Shown: positions 14,211-29,742 of the stretch, one piece after another
Numbering within the stretch: the first letter of the stretch is position 1
Layout of the letters: each line of letters opens with the position of its first letter
From: Octopus sinensis
Lineage: Eukaryota
DNA length: 64,000 nucleotides
NCBI RefSeq assembly: GCF_006345805.1
Contig: NC_043000.1
Location: forward strand, 112,840,001-112,904,000
Direction of reading: 5' to 3'
Program-made: the position numbers and the translations under genes
The notes under the pieces: model-generated
Seen by the model: only the letters and a program-made list of their open reading frames with translations
The model's database searches: none
What the model was told of the DNA's origin: nothing

Positions 14211-14422
14211 TACTCATATCCAATGACCGGTAACGTTGAAATGACATGTCTTGTGTGTGTGTGTGTGTGTGTGTGTGAGGGAGTGTGTGTATATGTGTGC
14301 AGATATGCAAGTGTACGTGTATATTTATTTATCTATCTATCTATCTTTACATATATGTGTATATATAATGGAATATGCATTATGTGTATATATACGTGTG
14401 TGTGTGTGTGTGTGTATGTGTG

Positions 14423-14456
<34 letters not shown>

Positions 14457-14768
14457 AACGCGTGTGCGCACGTAGTGTATTTATGTGTGCGTAAATAAAG
14501 TGTAACATTTGTAACGTGACTCTCAGTATTTGAATAGTCATACACAAAATGCACGAATCACACACATACGCACGCAACAAATAAAACGTTCGCACACACA
14601 CACACACACAGACTAAAACACACACACTTAATCACAGGTGATCATACTCCCCGCCTCCACTCAGTCGTTTTCCTCCTTTGATCTTCGCTCACGCTGGAGT
14701 CCTCTCATCTGGTGTGTTGATCACCCTTCAATGGCGCACGCAGCACGGATCCAGTATGGGCGTGTGCT

Positions 14769-14799
<31 letters not shown>

Positions 14800-15234
14800 T
14801 GTGTGTGTGTGTGTGTTGTGTGTGTGTGTGTGTGTGTGTGTGATGTGTTTGTGTGTGTCTGTATGCATGTTTTCTTGAATGAATATACGTATGTATGCTT
14901 GCATGTTTGGATCCAAACGTGTTTCAAGGTATACATTTATATGCTATATATAAATACATATATACACACTCACGCACACACACGCACAGACATGTGTGTG
15001 TGTGTGTGTGTGTTGGTGTGTGTGTCTGTGTGCTTCTGTGTGCATGTGTGTTTCTGCGTGTGTGTACTTGCATATGCACAGCTGCACAATAAAACAAAAT
15101 CATCCCCCGAACGCGCCATTATTTTGTATATTTACTCATTTTCCATTCGAACACACACAATGTCACGCACACACACACATGTATGCACTGGCACCTACAT
15201 ATGTGTGCATGGATGTGTGTGTGTGTATATATAT

Positions 15235-15282
<48 letters not shown>

Positions 15283-15346
15283 TGTTATATATACATATGT
15301 GTGTATAAATATATGTCCATGTATCTCTCTGTATGTGTATGTATGT

Positions 15347-15405
<59 letters not shown>

Positions 15406-16716
15406 GAGTGTGTATGTATATATATATGCGTACAGAGGCACGCAATATCATTCATTCGCATTCCCATACACATACTTGCAGACATAAATCTGGGCTTGTT
15501 CCTTATGAGTTTACACATTGGTCTCTGTGTGTCTTTCTCTTTCTTTCTCTCTCTCGCCCTCACTGTCTCTCTCACTTTCTACCTCTCCATCTTTCCATCT
15601 CTTTCTCTCTGTCTTCACTTTCTCTCTGTCTCTCTGTCTCTCTCTCTCGATCGGATTTCCTGTCCATTGTTCCATCTCAGATGCAAACATTTCGGCTGAG
15701 AATACCTACTGTTGGTTCCATATACTTATGAAGCAAACTGCACATGCACCAATGACCGCATGCATACACACATGCATAGATAATTACATACAGATATATG
15801 TATATATGAATATGTATATATGTAAATGAATTTACTCACACACACCGTATACATACACACACACACATATATATATATATACATATGTATGTGTGTATGT
15901 ATATGTATATATATTAATATGTACATTTATGTATATATATATATATATATATGCATATTTTATAGACATGCACAGCTATATAAACACGTATGTAAATATA
16001 TATGTCTTCATGTACATATGCATCTATATATATATATATACATACATATATATATGTGTGTGTGTGTGTGTATGTACATATATGTGTGTGTGTGTGTGTG
16101 TTTATGTGTGTACGATCCTGTGTGTGAAGCGGTTTATGTAACACATTCTCGCAGTATCGAACGACGACTTCTAACAGGAATTCTTTTTCTTCATGTACTT
16201 TGATGTTCGAGCAACAAAGCCTGCAATGTCAATAACATCCACAACTCTATAGAGGTTTTGCTGACCCGGTCTCTAAGATGACATACTTTGAACGATGAAG
16301 GATCTAAGAATCTAGAATAGTTCGATAATTCTGATGAAATTAACACATTTGGATTTATCTGAAGAATTACTGAGATTACAAATTGTTTGACTTGCTCTCG
16401 CATTTTCTGCTTTTTTCGAAGCATATTCTGTTCATGATATTATTATATGGAATGTGGGATGCGTTTATAGTTTTTTCTAGGCTTTTCTTTTTTATTTATT
16501 TGTGTTGGAGCATGTGAAGCGGGGGATTGGTGATAAAGAATTCTGAGAGTAAAGAACCGCTGAAAATTTTCGGATGGAGGACTTTATTATTAAAGAGGGC
16601 TCGTTTCACGTATGTTCTGAAACTGGTTGTCAGATCTGAATTACTATTTCAAACCGTTTGTTGTCCGTCGTCTCCCCTTTAGCTCAGAGGTTACATCCAG
16701 AATGTGACAGGTGGAA

Positions 16717-16794
<78 letters not shown>

Positions 16795-16849
16795 ATATAT
16801 AGAGAGAGAGAGAGAGGGAGAGAGAGAAAGAGAAAGAGAGAGAGAGATG

Positions 16850-17005
16850 CACAAACATTTACCCGCTTGTCTCCTATTCATCTGGACCTGAGTGGACTGA
16901 AATAACTTCAAAAATAGTGCCTTGCTCAAAAGCGCAACCCGCCCCCCGGTTCAATTGCTAAAACTGATACTACAATTGTGAGCCCGACACTTTCGCCAAC
17001 AGGTC
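16850..17005 (-). mobile_element. Diverged CORE-like SINE (family D-related)
   Basis: Reverse complement contains TTTGAGCAAGGCACT...TTTCAGTCCACTCAG, as at 57385-57430. Confidence 0.55.
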
Positions 17006-17357
17006 AACCATCTTCTTTTTCTCTATCTTTTCTCTCTTTTCTCTTTATACACAGCAACACGCGCGTGCGCACACACACTCACATATAGTTAAGTGAGATG
17101 TGAGTAAAAATCGTGTAGAATGCAGTGCTAAGGTGTTCCACAGTTATTGGCAACCTAATGTTTATCGTAGAGTAGAAATAAATATGCTACGCAATATACA
17201 TCAGGAATTCTATAGCCTCTACACCTGGGATATAAGATGATGACTGCACATCGCACCGATGTCCTACAGGTGTGGGAGTGCGTCGAAACAATTGTAGTGG
17301 TTGTGAATTAAAAATACTTTTAATTCCATTTTCTGTCGTTTATCTGTCTGTCTATTT

Positions 17358-17408
<51 letters not shown>

Positions 17409-17428
17409 TATACGTTAGAAATATATAT

Positions 17429-17475
<47 letters not shown>

Positions 17476-17481
17476 ATACAT

Positions 17482-17530
<49 letters not shown>

Positions 17531-17578
17531 TTAGAAATATACATAATATATATATATATAGATATAATACATTTAGAA

Positions 17579-17636
<58 letters not shown>

Positions 17637-17733
17637 AATATATTATAGAAGGAGCTTCTACAGGACTAGAACTGTTTCATTCATGTATTGAGTACCTTAT
17701 TTACTGTGGTTAACCCCGACTCAACCCGGGACC

Positions 17734-17809
<76 letters not shown>

Positions 17810-17837
17810 CATACATATACACACAAAAAACAAACAT

Positions 17838-18000
17838 CTCGAGAAGTCCATGAAATAAATAGGGGCTGCAATAAAGTTAGATCACTTGCAGAAAACAGCA
17901 CTGTCTGGAACCGCTCGGATACTTCGGAAGGTGCTCGAAAAATAAGAGGTGAACAGCTGACACTGTAGTACATCTCCAGCGTTAGAATCTGTGCAACGGC

Positions 18001-18069
<69 letters not shown>

Positions 18070-18078
18070 TAATAATAA
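17838..18078 (+). mobile_element. 3' end of an R4/Dong-type LINE with (AAT)n tail
   Basis: Translates LEKSMK*IGAAIKLDHLQKTALSGTARILRKVLEK* (stop 17943-17945), then ~55-nt 3' UTR and (AAT)n; homologous to 55680-55745. Confidence 0.85.
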
Positions 18079-18616
18079 ACATGTGTTTGTAACAGTTATT
18101 TTTGTTTTATATCATTCAGTCTTTCAGTGGTCACTCTGTATATCGTGTATGATGAAACCAAGGTATCCATCCAGAAATATTGCTGACATTGTGCTCCTAT
18201 ACTTAAATTCATATTTGGAAAACATGAGCGTCTTCATAGGAGGTGAAATATAGCTTTACAGAAGTAAAGTGTATTCCTGAAATATTACCAATAGAGTAAC
18301 ATACGCACACGCTTAAAAACACGTACACACAAGCTTAAAAACACAGATTCACACACACACACCACACACACAAATATATCTAGATATATAAATTAGTGTA
18401 CATTTTCATATACAAAATGGGTGACCTTAGCAGGACATCTTACATGCTAGAAAGGGCAGTTAAAGCCTAAATCACGAATAAGAGTAATTTCAAAGGGAAT
18501 GAAAAAAAGCATTTCAATGGTTACACTTATACTCTAGTTTCAAAATCAATATGCAAATAAAATAATTTGCCATCCGTGTATCATCACCCTCATTATTTTC
18601 ATAGTAATATATCTAG

Positions 18617-18676
<60 letters not shown>

Positions 18677-18806
18677 ATATACATATTCCTCTATCTATCT
18701 ATCTATCTATCTCCTATCTATCTATCTATCTATCTTCTATCTATCTATCTATCTATCTATCTATTCTATCTATCGATCTATCTATCGATCTATCTATCTA
18801 TCTATC

Positions 18807-18859
<53 letters not shown>

Positions 18860-18889
18860 CCTGTCTATCTGTATGCATGTATGTATATG

Positions 18890-18947
<58 letters not shown>

Positions 18948-19019
18948 CACACATATGAATCTCTCTATCTTTCTCCCTCTCTCTCTCTCTGTAAATATAT
19001 ATATATATACATAGAGAGT

Positions 19020-19058
<39 letters not shown>

Positions 19059-19720
19059 TCTTCACAAATTCAGAACTAGAGACATCCACGTATGTACATA
19101 AATAAATATATGTATAGACCCTCAAACACACACACACACACACAGACACACAAACAGGATATATCCAGCTTACACTAATATACCCTCCCCCACAAATAAT
19201 TACTTACAACACATACATATATATATAAACACCATGCACACAAACACAAATGTACACACACATAGACACATACACATACATACACACACGCATTCAATAA
19301 ATAAATAAATCTTACTAATGCTCTTATACAGCCTGTCCCCAGATTGTAGATTGTTGAGTGTATATATCTTATCGGCTCTTGCTGCTTGTAGAATCTGGAG
19401 CAAACCAAGGTTTCTGATCTGTTCGTATAACTCCCAAATTTAATCCGTAATCCGGTATTAGCCTCTGGTCTGGATTTCATAGAATATCTTTTGTTGTACA
19501 TAGGAATGTTAGTGGATTTGAGTTATCTTTCGAAAAATCTAATCATTGTAATGTACTCGTGTGTGCGTATATGACAGGGGCGTATATATGTATATGATGT
19601 GTATGCTCATATACACATATACATATATAAATGCAGAAGTGCATATATATATACACATACATATATAAATGTAGATGTGCATATATACATAGGCATATAT
19701 ATACATATATATATACACAT

Positions 19721-19772
<52 letters not shown>

Positions 19773-19833
19773 TATATACATTTACATATATACACATACA
19801 TATATACATACATATATAAATATATATGTATAT

Positions 19834-19865
<32 letters not shown>

Positions 19866-20092
19866 GGATATAAATACATGTATATATATGTAAATCTAAA
19901 TATATTTATATATATAAATGTATATATGTATATATACTAATGTAATTGTGTATAAATATATATACATATATATATATAACGGGCCACGCATATTATAATA
20001 TATTTCATATATACTATTTTATATTTATATGTTATATATGTGTATGTGTAAGTGTGTGCGCGTGTATGTATACATACATTCATACATATATT

Positions 20093-20127
<35 letters not shown>

Positions 20128-20444
20128 ATATATATTATATATAACTATATATATGCATATATGTATGTAAACACTTATATACACACGTATGTGTATGTAT
20201 ATATGCATGTATTTACGCATGACTATTGTATATAGATACACGTGTGTAAGATTGAACTTTTAAAGTACACAAAATCTGGTACACCAAAACCATAAATGTA
20301 CATAAGCATTTGGGTATGCGTTTATGCCTAAAGAACTATACACACACATACATGCATATCTTATGTCGCTGAATAGATCTTTAACGGTGACGAGTGAAAT
20401 CCCTGTGAAGTCAATATTATGTTTAAGTTTCAGTCGGTTAAATA

Positions 20445-20815
20445 GAGTAGAACCTCACAATACGAGTGCCCCATTGTACGAGTAATTTGCTCTACGATCC
20501 GAGACTGGTATCAATTCTTGACTTGCGGAAATCTGCAGTATGAGAACACAGATCGTCCCATCTTTAGGGTAATTCAGTTAATAAACCCATTTTACACATT
20601 TTTTTTGCATTCCCTTTTTTTATAATTGTCATTTTACTTCTAACAACACGTTTTCTATTTTAAGACCAATAAAAAATTATTTTTGAGTGGTTTTGGCGGG
20701 CTGGAACGGATTAATTTCAGTTAATTTCAGTAAGGAAAATTGACTTGTAAAACGAGTAAATCGTAAGACGAGCTCGGTCATGGAACAAATTAAACTCGTA
20801 CTCGAGGCATCACTG
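20445..20815. mobile_element. pogo/Tigger-like (Tc1-mariner) non-autonomous DNA transposon
   Basis: TA at 20443-44 and 20816-17; imperfect TIRs GAGTAGAACCTCACAATACGAGT vs revcomp CAGTGATGCCTCGAGTACGAGT; no ORF. Confidence 0.65.
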
Positions 20816-21354
20816 TACAAAGGGTTGGCCACCAGTAAATGTCGATTAATTTCTACAAGTTGATCAGCAGTATTCTTTCAGTTTTTATTATTTTACTCAT
20901 TTGAGTTATTGGACTTCGGCCATGCTGGGGTACAGCATATCGTCCAACATGCTAACGATTCCTCTAATTCGCCGCCTGAAGGCCATGGAACCATAATATT
21001 ATTATTAACTTATATCTAAACCGAAATATGTTGCATACTGTTTTTTTTTATGAAGCGGGCCCTAATAGAATAATAAAATCTTGATCTAGTTCCTATCAAA
21101 TATGAAATCCTTATAATCGACAATATAAAAATGAAGGCGAGTGCAGAGAATTACGGGGTAAACCTTTGTGGATGCCACATGTGTGTGTGTGTGTGTGTAA
21201 ATGGAAACACTTATACATTGGTGTGTAGAAGGAATTCATGTAGAATTTCAATTCTTCAGAATGTCGCAGAAAGAGACGTGATGGAAAGACAAAGGTGCTT
21301 CCTACATTACTGTAATATATTAAACTTGTCTTCATACAGGTCTTTCATGTAATA

Positions 21355-21747
21355 CTAGCAGTATCGTCCGGCGTTGCTCGGGTTTGTTTCGACCCTTTAG
21401 AATTGGAATTTTTGAAAAGTAAAAATTTTGCATTGTGTAGCTTGTTATTCTCGTTAAGTGAACACTTTTCTGGTTGAAATACACACAAAAAATGGCGACA
21501 CAGCAGTCAAACAATCGTAAAAAATTGGAATTTTCATAGAAAAAAAGCACCTTTTTGATGTAAATAATTTTTGGTGTTAACACGGTCCGATTTGAATTCT
21601 TTCTTCTACGGAAGGAAGAGCAAGCCTTCTTCTATCATACTCTCAATTTTGGTCAACTTGCGGCGCAGGGTCTCAGAGGAGATTGTGTTAGTTGAAGGCT
21701 ACCAAACCTACCAAACACAGACAACTTCAGCTTTATATATATATAGA
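21355..21747 (-). mobile_element. Non-autonomous Helitron
   Basis: Minus strand starts TC(TATATATATATAAAGCTG), ends with hairpin CCCGAGCAACGCCGG(A) then CTAG; inserted between A and T; no TSD. Confidence 0.85.
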
Positions 21748-22341
21748 TTTTTCTTGTGGCTCCAACGGTTAAAACCACGCCATCTTGTGGGTGACATATG
21801 TTAAAGCTCAGAACGAGTAACAGAAGAGATCCACTGATATTTTCCGGTGATGGTCGTATGTGTTTGATATACTTGGAAGAATAAATTCAAAGGTTGATAA
21901 CTAAGTAATATATATACACCGGGATATCTTGTTGCATGGGAAAGAGTTTGTTGCTTGAATCGAAACAAATAATGTACTTCTAATATCGTAAACAATCATA
22001 CATACACATCTATAGACTTCTATCTATGACTGTGTGTGTGTTTGTTTGTGTGTGTGTGTTTCACAATTCAAAGAAACGCAAATTTTGTAAGTAGACATAA
22101 ACAAATACAGTTAATATTTATGAAGTAACTGTGTTTTGGTAAAGCAGTGATAGTGAGAGCATGCAACCAGGAACCGGATTACAGCGGTTTCGAATCGCAT
22201 TAGACTCCCTTGAGACGTTACAAGCCAAATATTTTACCACGCATTATCTATCTATATATTTACCTCCCAAGTTAAGCATGTTTAAAAACATACATGCATA
22301 CCTGTGTCTACACACACACAAACCTATCATGTGTATGTATG

Positions 22342-22402
<61 letters not shown>

Positions 22403-22754
22403 GTGTGTGTGTGTGTGTGTATGTGTGTATGTGTGTGCGTGTGTAGTGATAGATAGATAGTTTTAAATATTTTATGACTCAGATATTTTACGGAGTGCAT
22501 TATTAAAGTGCAGTAAAATATGAATTTGGTATGAAATGACAAAAAAAAATAATTAATTTAATAAATAAACAAAACCACTGAAACAATGGTAAGCGGAATG
22601 TTTCTAATATAATCATGTGCAATTCCACTTTACAATTTGTTCTTGAAATGGTTTACAAAGCAGACTGCAAAAAGTAATGATGATGCTGATGTGGAAGGAG
22701 TGAATGAGTGTGTTAGTTAAGAAGTATTTAACGAAGCGCCGTTTCTGTAGAAGT

Positions 22755-23245
<491 letters not shown>

Positions 23246-23334
23246 TATATATTTATATATAGAGAGATTTTTCTTGTAGGTCCAACGCTTAAAACCACAC
23301 CATCTTGTGGGTGCCCTAAGTTAAAGCACAGAAC

Positions 23335-25440
23335 GGCGTACAAAAGTTTCAAATCGCCTAAACAAACAAATTGAAAGCAGTGAAAAGTCCCGCCTGAAAA
23401 TAAAATTGTTGGAAATTGAAAAATGTCTGCAACTCTCCCATGAAAAAGAAAGAGCAGACAAAGACGCCTGGGCTATAGACAAGATAAAATCTAACCCCAG
23501 AGCTTTCTACAGGTATGCCAAAGAAACAGCTACGGTGCACTGTAGGATAGGGCAACTCCTTGAAAAGGATGGCATACTCACAGGAAATCCAATGAGGATA
23601 AGTGAAATACTAAATGAGCAATTCAAGAGTATTTTCACTCCACCCCTAGGGCATTTTCAAGTCAGCAATCCAACTGACTTCTTTACCACTGCAGATGTAA
23701 AATCAGAGGCAGCGATGATTGATTACATCAATATAAAGGAAGACGATGTAATAAAGGCTATAGATGAAATGAAAACAAACTCAGCTACTGGCCCCGATGG
23801 ATTCCCAGCAATCCTTCTAAAAGTATGTAAGAGAGTCCTAGAAAGACCACTGCAGTTCCTCTTTCAGAGCTTCCTTGCAACTGGCAAACTTCCAAGAAAA
23901 CTGAAGGAAGGTAAAATATGCCCTATTCATAAAGGAGGTAGCAGAGCGGAGGCCAAGAACTACAGACCTATCTCTCTGACCTCACACATCAGCAAGGTCA
24001 TGGAACGAATAGTCAGAAGGAAACTAATCACCTTCCTTGAAGGAAATATCTTGCTGCCTGACACCCAACATGGTTTCCGACCAGGAAGAAGCTGCCTAAC
24101 TCAGCTCCTACAACACTATGATTGGGTGCTGAAACGAATGTTCAACCACTCAAATGTGGAAGTCATATATCTCGACTTTACAAAGGCCTTTGATAAAGTC
24201 GATCATGGAATGATATGTCACATACTGCGTGATCTTGGCATAGTTGGAAAATTGGGAGAATGGCTTCATGACTTTCTGAAGGATAGAAGTCATGTGAAAG
24301 TAGCCACTGGGGCCACCTCCAATAACACGCAAATAGTGAGCGGTGTTCCGCAAGGCACTGTTTTGGGACCACTACTGCTTATAATGGCCCTCTCAGACAT
24401 GCCCTCAGCCACGCACAGAGCCACGATCACAAGTTATGCAGATGATACAAAGTTTCACATGCAATACAGAACCCTGAAGACACTATGCACCTGGAAGGTG
24501 AGCTGGACAAAATATACAAGTGGGCTGAAAAGAATAGCATGCAGTTCAATGCTGAAAAGTTTCAAGCTTTATGCTATCAGCATGCAAAACTAAATGCAAT
24601 ACCCAATAAATACACTGGACCTGGAGGGATTGCAATTCCAAAGGCACAATCAGTGCGAGACCTGATTATTTACATGAGTGATGATGCAAACTTTCATGTG
24701 CATGTTGCTAAATTGGCAATGAAATGTTGGCGGCTGACCGGATGGATTCTTAGAACCTTTAGAACAAGAGACCAGGAAACTATGATGGTCCTCTGGAGGA
24801 CACTTATCCTAAGCCACTTTGACTATTGCTCTCAGCTATGGTCACCATCCAGTGTCAAGTTAATCACAGAACTTGAGGCGATCCAACGAAGCGACACGAA
24901 GAAGATAGCCTCTGTGTAGCATATAAGCTAATGGGAAAGACTCAAGAGATTAAGACTCTATTCCTTAGAGCGTAGGGGAGAAAGATATGCCATAATATAC
25001 ATCTGGAAGATCCTAGAAGGACTTGTCCCAAACTTTGGCATCGCGAGTTACACAAATGCTAGAACTGGGCGCCACTGCATAGTGCCAAGGACTCCAAATT
25101 TGCCATCAAGATGTAGGACAAGATACTGTGATAGCGTGGGCTTCAGAGGCCCACAGCTCTTCAATATCCCACCGAAGAACCTGAGAGACCTGCATGGGGT
25201 GGATGCAGATGTCTTTAAAATAAGACTGGATTTCTTCCTGTCAGGTGTCCCAGATAAACCAACTTCACGGCAGGAGGCGTAGATGAGGGCAGCTGCATCG
25301 AACTCTCTCATGCACCAAATGGCAATTGCTAAAAAGCATTCGTGAAGTAAAATCATGTAGCAACACCAAATGGCGGTGCCCCAGCATGGCCACAGCTCGT
25401 GAGCTGAAACTAGATAAAATAAAAATAAATAAAAATAATA
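23335..25440 (+). mobile_element. 5'-truncated CR1-clade LINE (ORF2 RT region + 3' UTR + A-rich tail), inactivated
   Basis: KSNPRAFY, NYRPISLTS, QHGFRPGRSC, YLDFTKAFDKVDH, SGVPQGTVLGPLL, YADDTK, HFDYCSQLWSP motifs; frameshift near 24445, stops at 24917 and 25280; no endonuclease domain present. Confidence 0.92.
23406..24593 (+). pseudogene. Reverse transcriptase reading frame of the CR1-type LINE (continues frameshifted in 24485-24919 and 25082-25282)
   Basis: 395-aa ORF in track with the RT motifs listed above. Confidence 0.9.
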
Positions 25441-25444
25441 TATA

Positions 25445-25476
<32 letters not shown>

Positions 25477-25557
25477 AACACACATACATACATACATACA
25501 TACATACATACATACATACATACATACATACATACAAACATACATACATACATACAT

Positions 25558-25795
25558 GGAGGCGCAATGACCCGGTGGTTAGAGTAGCGGACTCGCGGTA
25601 GTAGGATCGCGGTTTCGATTCCCAGATCGGGCGTTGTGAGTGTTTATTGAGCGAAAACACCTAAAAGCTCCACGATCTCCGGCAGGGAGGTGGCGATCCC
25701 TGCTGTACTCTTTCGCCACAACTTTCTCTCACTCTTTCTTCTGTTGGCTTGTAGCAACATCTGATTGCCTGGTCTGTCACGGTGATCACGGTGAT
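25558..25795 (+). mobile_element. SINE family C (tRNA-derived), internal deletion
   Basis: GGAGGCGCAATGACCCGGTGGTTAG...GGTTTCGATTCCC (A/B boxes); homologous to 60872-61128. Confidence 0.85.
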
Positions 25796-26420
25796 ATATA
25801 CATAGATAGATAAGGCTAATTTGTGAATAAATTTATGAGGGTTCGTTTAGAATGCAAACACATAGACATCGTGCATAAAATAAAATGTTTTCTTTCAGAA
25901 TGAAGATTGGCTCAAGTGAACTTAATTGCTCTTTACCAGATCAAGATTGCTTAGTTAATTCATTTTAGAGAGAGAAAAGAGGAAAAGAATAAAAGATAAG
26001 AAAAAGAAGGAGAGGGACAGAGAGAGAGTGTGTGTGTAACTTTAATATACCAAAAAAAAAAACGATTAACAACAGACATTACTTTTGTTTATTTACATGT
26101 AAAACATTCTTTAACAAGTTTTAGTTGATTAAAATACTGAAAAACTGTGTTTGTAGATAGTTTTTAAAGTAAAGTGTATACGTCTTTGTACTAAACATAT
26201 ATTTAGTGTCACCTTGCAGGTGCACTTATTTAAAATATATCTTTATATTTTTACTAAACAGACCTAGCCAATTTTAGATGCAATTTATCTACACATATAT
26301 ATTGTGTCATTGTTTAATTAATTACTATACTTCATCAATGAATCTAATGATATGCAAATGTGTAAAAGTTGTAGCAGACAGTCATAAGTAACTGCTAAAT
26401 AATATTGCTCCTTGTATAAA

Positions 26421-26620
26421 GCGGTGAGCTGGCAGAATCGTTAGCAACGCCTAGCAAAGTGCTAAGTGGTATTTCGTTAGTCTTTACGTTCTAATTTCAA
26501 ATTCCGTTGCGGTCGAGTTTGCCTTTCATGTTTTGGGGTCGATGAAAGAAGTACCAGTTAATTAGTCGAATATATCATCGTCTGTAATTGCTGGCCTTGT
26601 GCCAAAATTTGAGACCAATA
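26421..26620 (+). mobile_element. SINE family B, alternative-tail subfamily
   Basis: GCGGTGAGCTGGCAGAATCGTTAGC head; tail GCTGGCCTTGTGCCAAAATTTGAGACC. Confidence 0.8.
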
Positions 26621-27860
26621 TTTTCTTTGCTTTTTTTTAAGATAAAATAGCGAAGTAAAATTCACCAGGGTTACCAAATCATATTGTTATTATTGTTATT
26701 TTTTCAGAAGAAAGGGTGAGTGATATATATATATATATATATTATGAGAGAAAGATTATGAGAAGATTAACAGAGAGTTACATAAAGGGAAATATATATA
26801 TTGAAGAGAGCGTCAATTTATTGAACGAGGTTATACGAGTGCAAATCGAAAGTATAAAACAAGAGAAAACAACAAACGCCAATCCGTCCTACAGATTGAC
26901 GCTCATCGAAGGATTTTAGATGGAAAAGCTAAAGGTGAAATGGCGTTTCGAGAATAGCTCTTCGTCAGAAGGAGGAAAATGCCCAGAGAGAAGGAAGAGG
27001 AAGGAACAGATAATCCGGAAAAAAGCAGGTGTCTCATTACATGGGCAAAAAATAAGTGATCGGAAGTAGAAGAGAGATAGAAAATGTAATTTTTGAAGGA
27101 AGGTGAGTGCAAAAATGGCAATTCAGTGTGTGTGTGAGTGTGTGCATGCGGAGTGTATACGTTTTTATGTGAAGGTGTAGTGGTTGCAAGTAGCTTGTAT
27201 ATTGGGGATTACTGGGTTGGATGGTACTACTTGTGTGCGTAGGTTTGTTAAATACACGTAGTGCATAAGTAAAAACAGGCTGCCTCAATGCCTTAGCAAA
27301 AATATGCGCGTGTAAGTCCGTGTAGGTGTGTGTTTGCGTGTTTGTGTAGCAATTAGATTCCGGCAAAACCGCCTACTTTCAAACCACATGCACTAAAATC
27401 TAATTTCAGTTGGTATTAAAAGATTTCGTCACACAGCAACATTGTGTTCACTGAGGGCTTCTGTTTTCTGTTCATTTGGCCCCTTCCTTCGTGTTGATCT
27501 CAAGTAAATGCGCGCATCAGAACAGATGAAATGCGTTTCTGTGTGCCATGTGAGTGACCGTGTGTGTGATAGTGTATGTGAGCACTTTTAACAAGGGCGC
27601 ATTCATGGAAAACGAGGAAAAGGAGGAGAAAGGGAAGAAGAAGAAGAAGAAGAAGAAGAAGAAGAAGAAGGAGAGGAGGGGGAGGCAGAAGGAGGACAAG
27701 TACAATAACAAAAGCTAAAACAACATTGGTAAACACCAAGCAAAATGGTATCGACCCAGAAAGAATGAAATCAAATTTGAATGCAGGAGGATTTGAACTT
27801 AGAGATCAAAGAGGATGAAGGAGTAGCGCAACGGTTCCAAACTTCATGTTTACACACACA

Positions 27861-27918
<58 letters not shown>

Positions 27919-28142
27919 ACACACACAAGTACACATACACACACATCTGTGTACGTATATGTATGTATATATATACATATATATGTTTACGCACACACAC
28001 GTGTGTTTACCTATATATATATGTATATATATATGTATATGTGCACATATATATATATATACACACATTCACATATACATATAGATAGACAAAATATATA
28101 TATACATTTACATATACATTTACATAATACACGCAGATGCAG

Positions 28143-28180
<38 letters not shown>

Positions 28181-28259
28181 TATACGTGTGTATATAAATA
28201 TATATATTTGTCTTCCTACATACATGCATACTCACAATTGCATACATATAAATACACAC

Positions 28260-28354
<95 letters not shown>

Positions 28355-28361
28355 TAAGTAT

Positions 28362-28422
<61 letters not shown>

Positions 28423-28706
28423 CAGATAGATAGATAGGTAGATAGAAAGATTAGTGGGCAGAGAGATAATGCGGGAGCGACAGATATAGATAGATTGATA
28501 GAAGAGAGAAAGAGAAAGAGAGAGAGAGAGATATAGAGAAGGAGAGATGTCGCTTAACAAAGCTAATATCATTTAGTTCAGCAAATATGAAACGAGATTT
28601 AAAATACGATTGTTTGCACGGATATGTTAATAAAACATATTTGCGTGTTTGTTTGTCGGTATGTGTGAACTGGTAGCTCTGCTCTTACTGCACCACGCGC
28701 AACACC

Positions 28707-28748
<42 letters not shown>

Positions 28749-28904
28749 TGTGTGTGTATGTCTGTGTGTATGTATATATATATATATATATACATGCATA
28801 CACACCTACATATATATATGTGTATGTATATATGTATGTGTATATATATTATAATATATATGTATACTAACATATGGCATATACACCTCGCTTATACATA
28901 CATC

Positions 28905-28953
<49 letters not shown>

Positions 28954-29021
28954 GTATATATAGATATATTTAAATATACATATATCTATATATCTATATC
29001 TATCTATCTATCTATCTATCA

Positions 29022-29079
<58 letters not shown>

Positions 29080-29260
29080 ATATATATATCTCTCTCTCTC
29101 CCTCTCTCTCTCTCTATATATATATATACAGGTAGGTAGATAGATAGATAGATAGATAGATGCAAAAATATGTGTATTTCGAGATATCTTTGTGTGCGTG
29201 CGCAAGAGTATTAGCTCAAGAGTATGTGTTTCTGTGTGTGTGAATGTATGTAAGCAATGC

Positions 29261-29299
<39 letters not shown>

Positions 29300-29429
29300 T
29301 GTGTGTGGTGTGTGTGTGTGTGTGCGTGCGTGCGTGCATCTGTTTTGCGGTGTACTCGACACCTTTGATCGTGCGGCTTGCAAGCAAACTTCTCCTCAAT
29401 CCCCAACAGTGATATTATTGCTGCGAATT

Positions 29430-29585
29430 TGAAATAAAAGGAATTTCAGTTTAAAAGTTGTTTAGTTTAGCGAGGTGTAATTAAAACGTATACGGTAATA
29501 ACGGTAACGGCGGGAACATTAGATACAGCAACAACAACAACACCAGAACAATAACAACAAGGATAACTACTACTACTACTACTAA

Positions 29586-29623
<38 letters not shown>

Positions 29624-29704
29624 GTGTTATTGCAAACAAGCAGATCTCAATCAACAATTAACTGCACAGACGTCAGTAACATTATCAACAACTACAAGAA
29701 CGTC

Positions 29705-29742
<38 letters not shown>

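Noticed and set aside
16140-16430. Non-repetitive minus-strand ORF of 77 aa
   Set aside because: No recognisable domain, no convincing splice sites or partner exons
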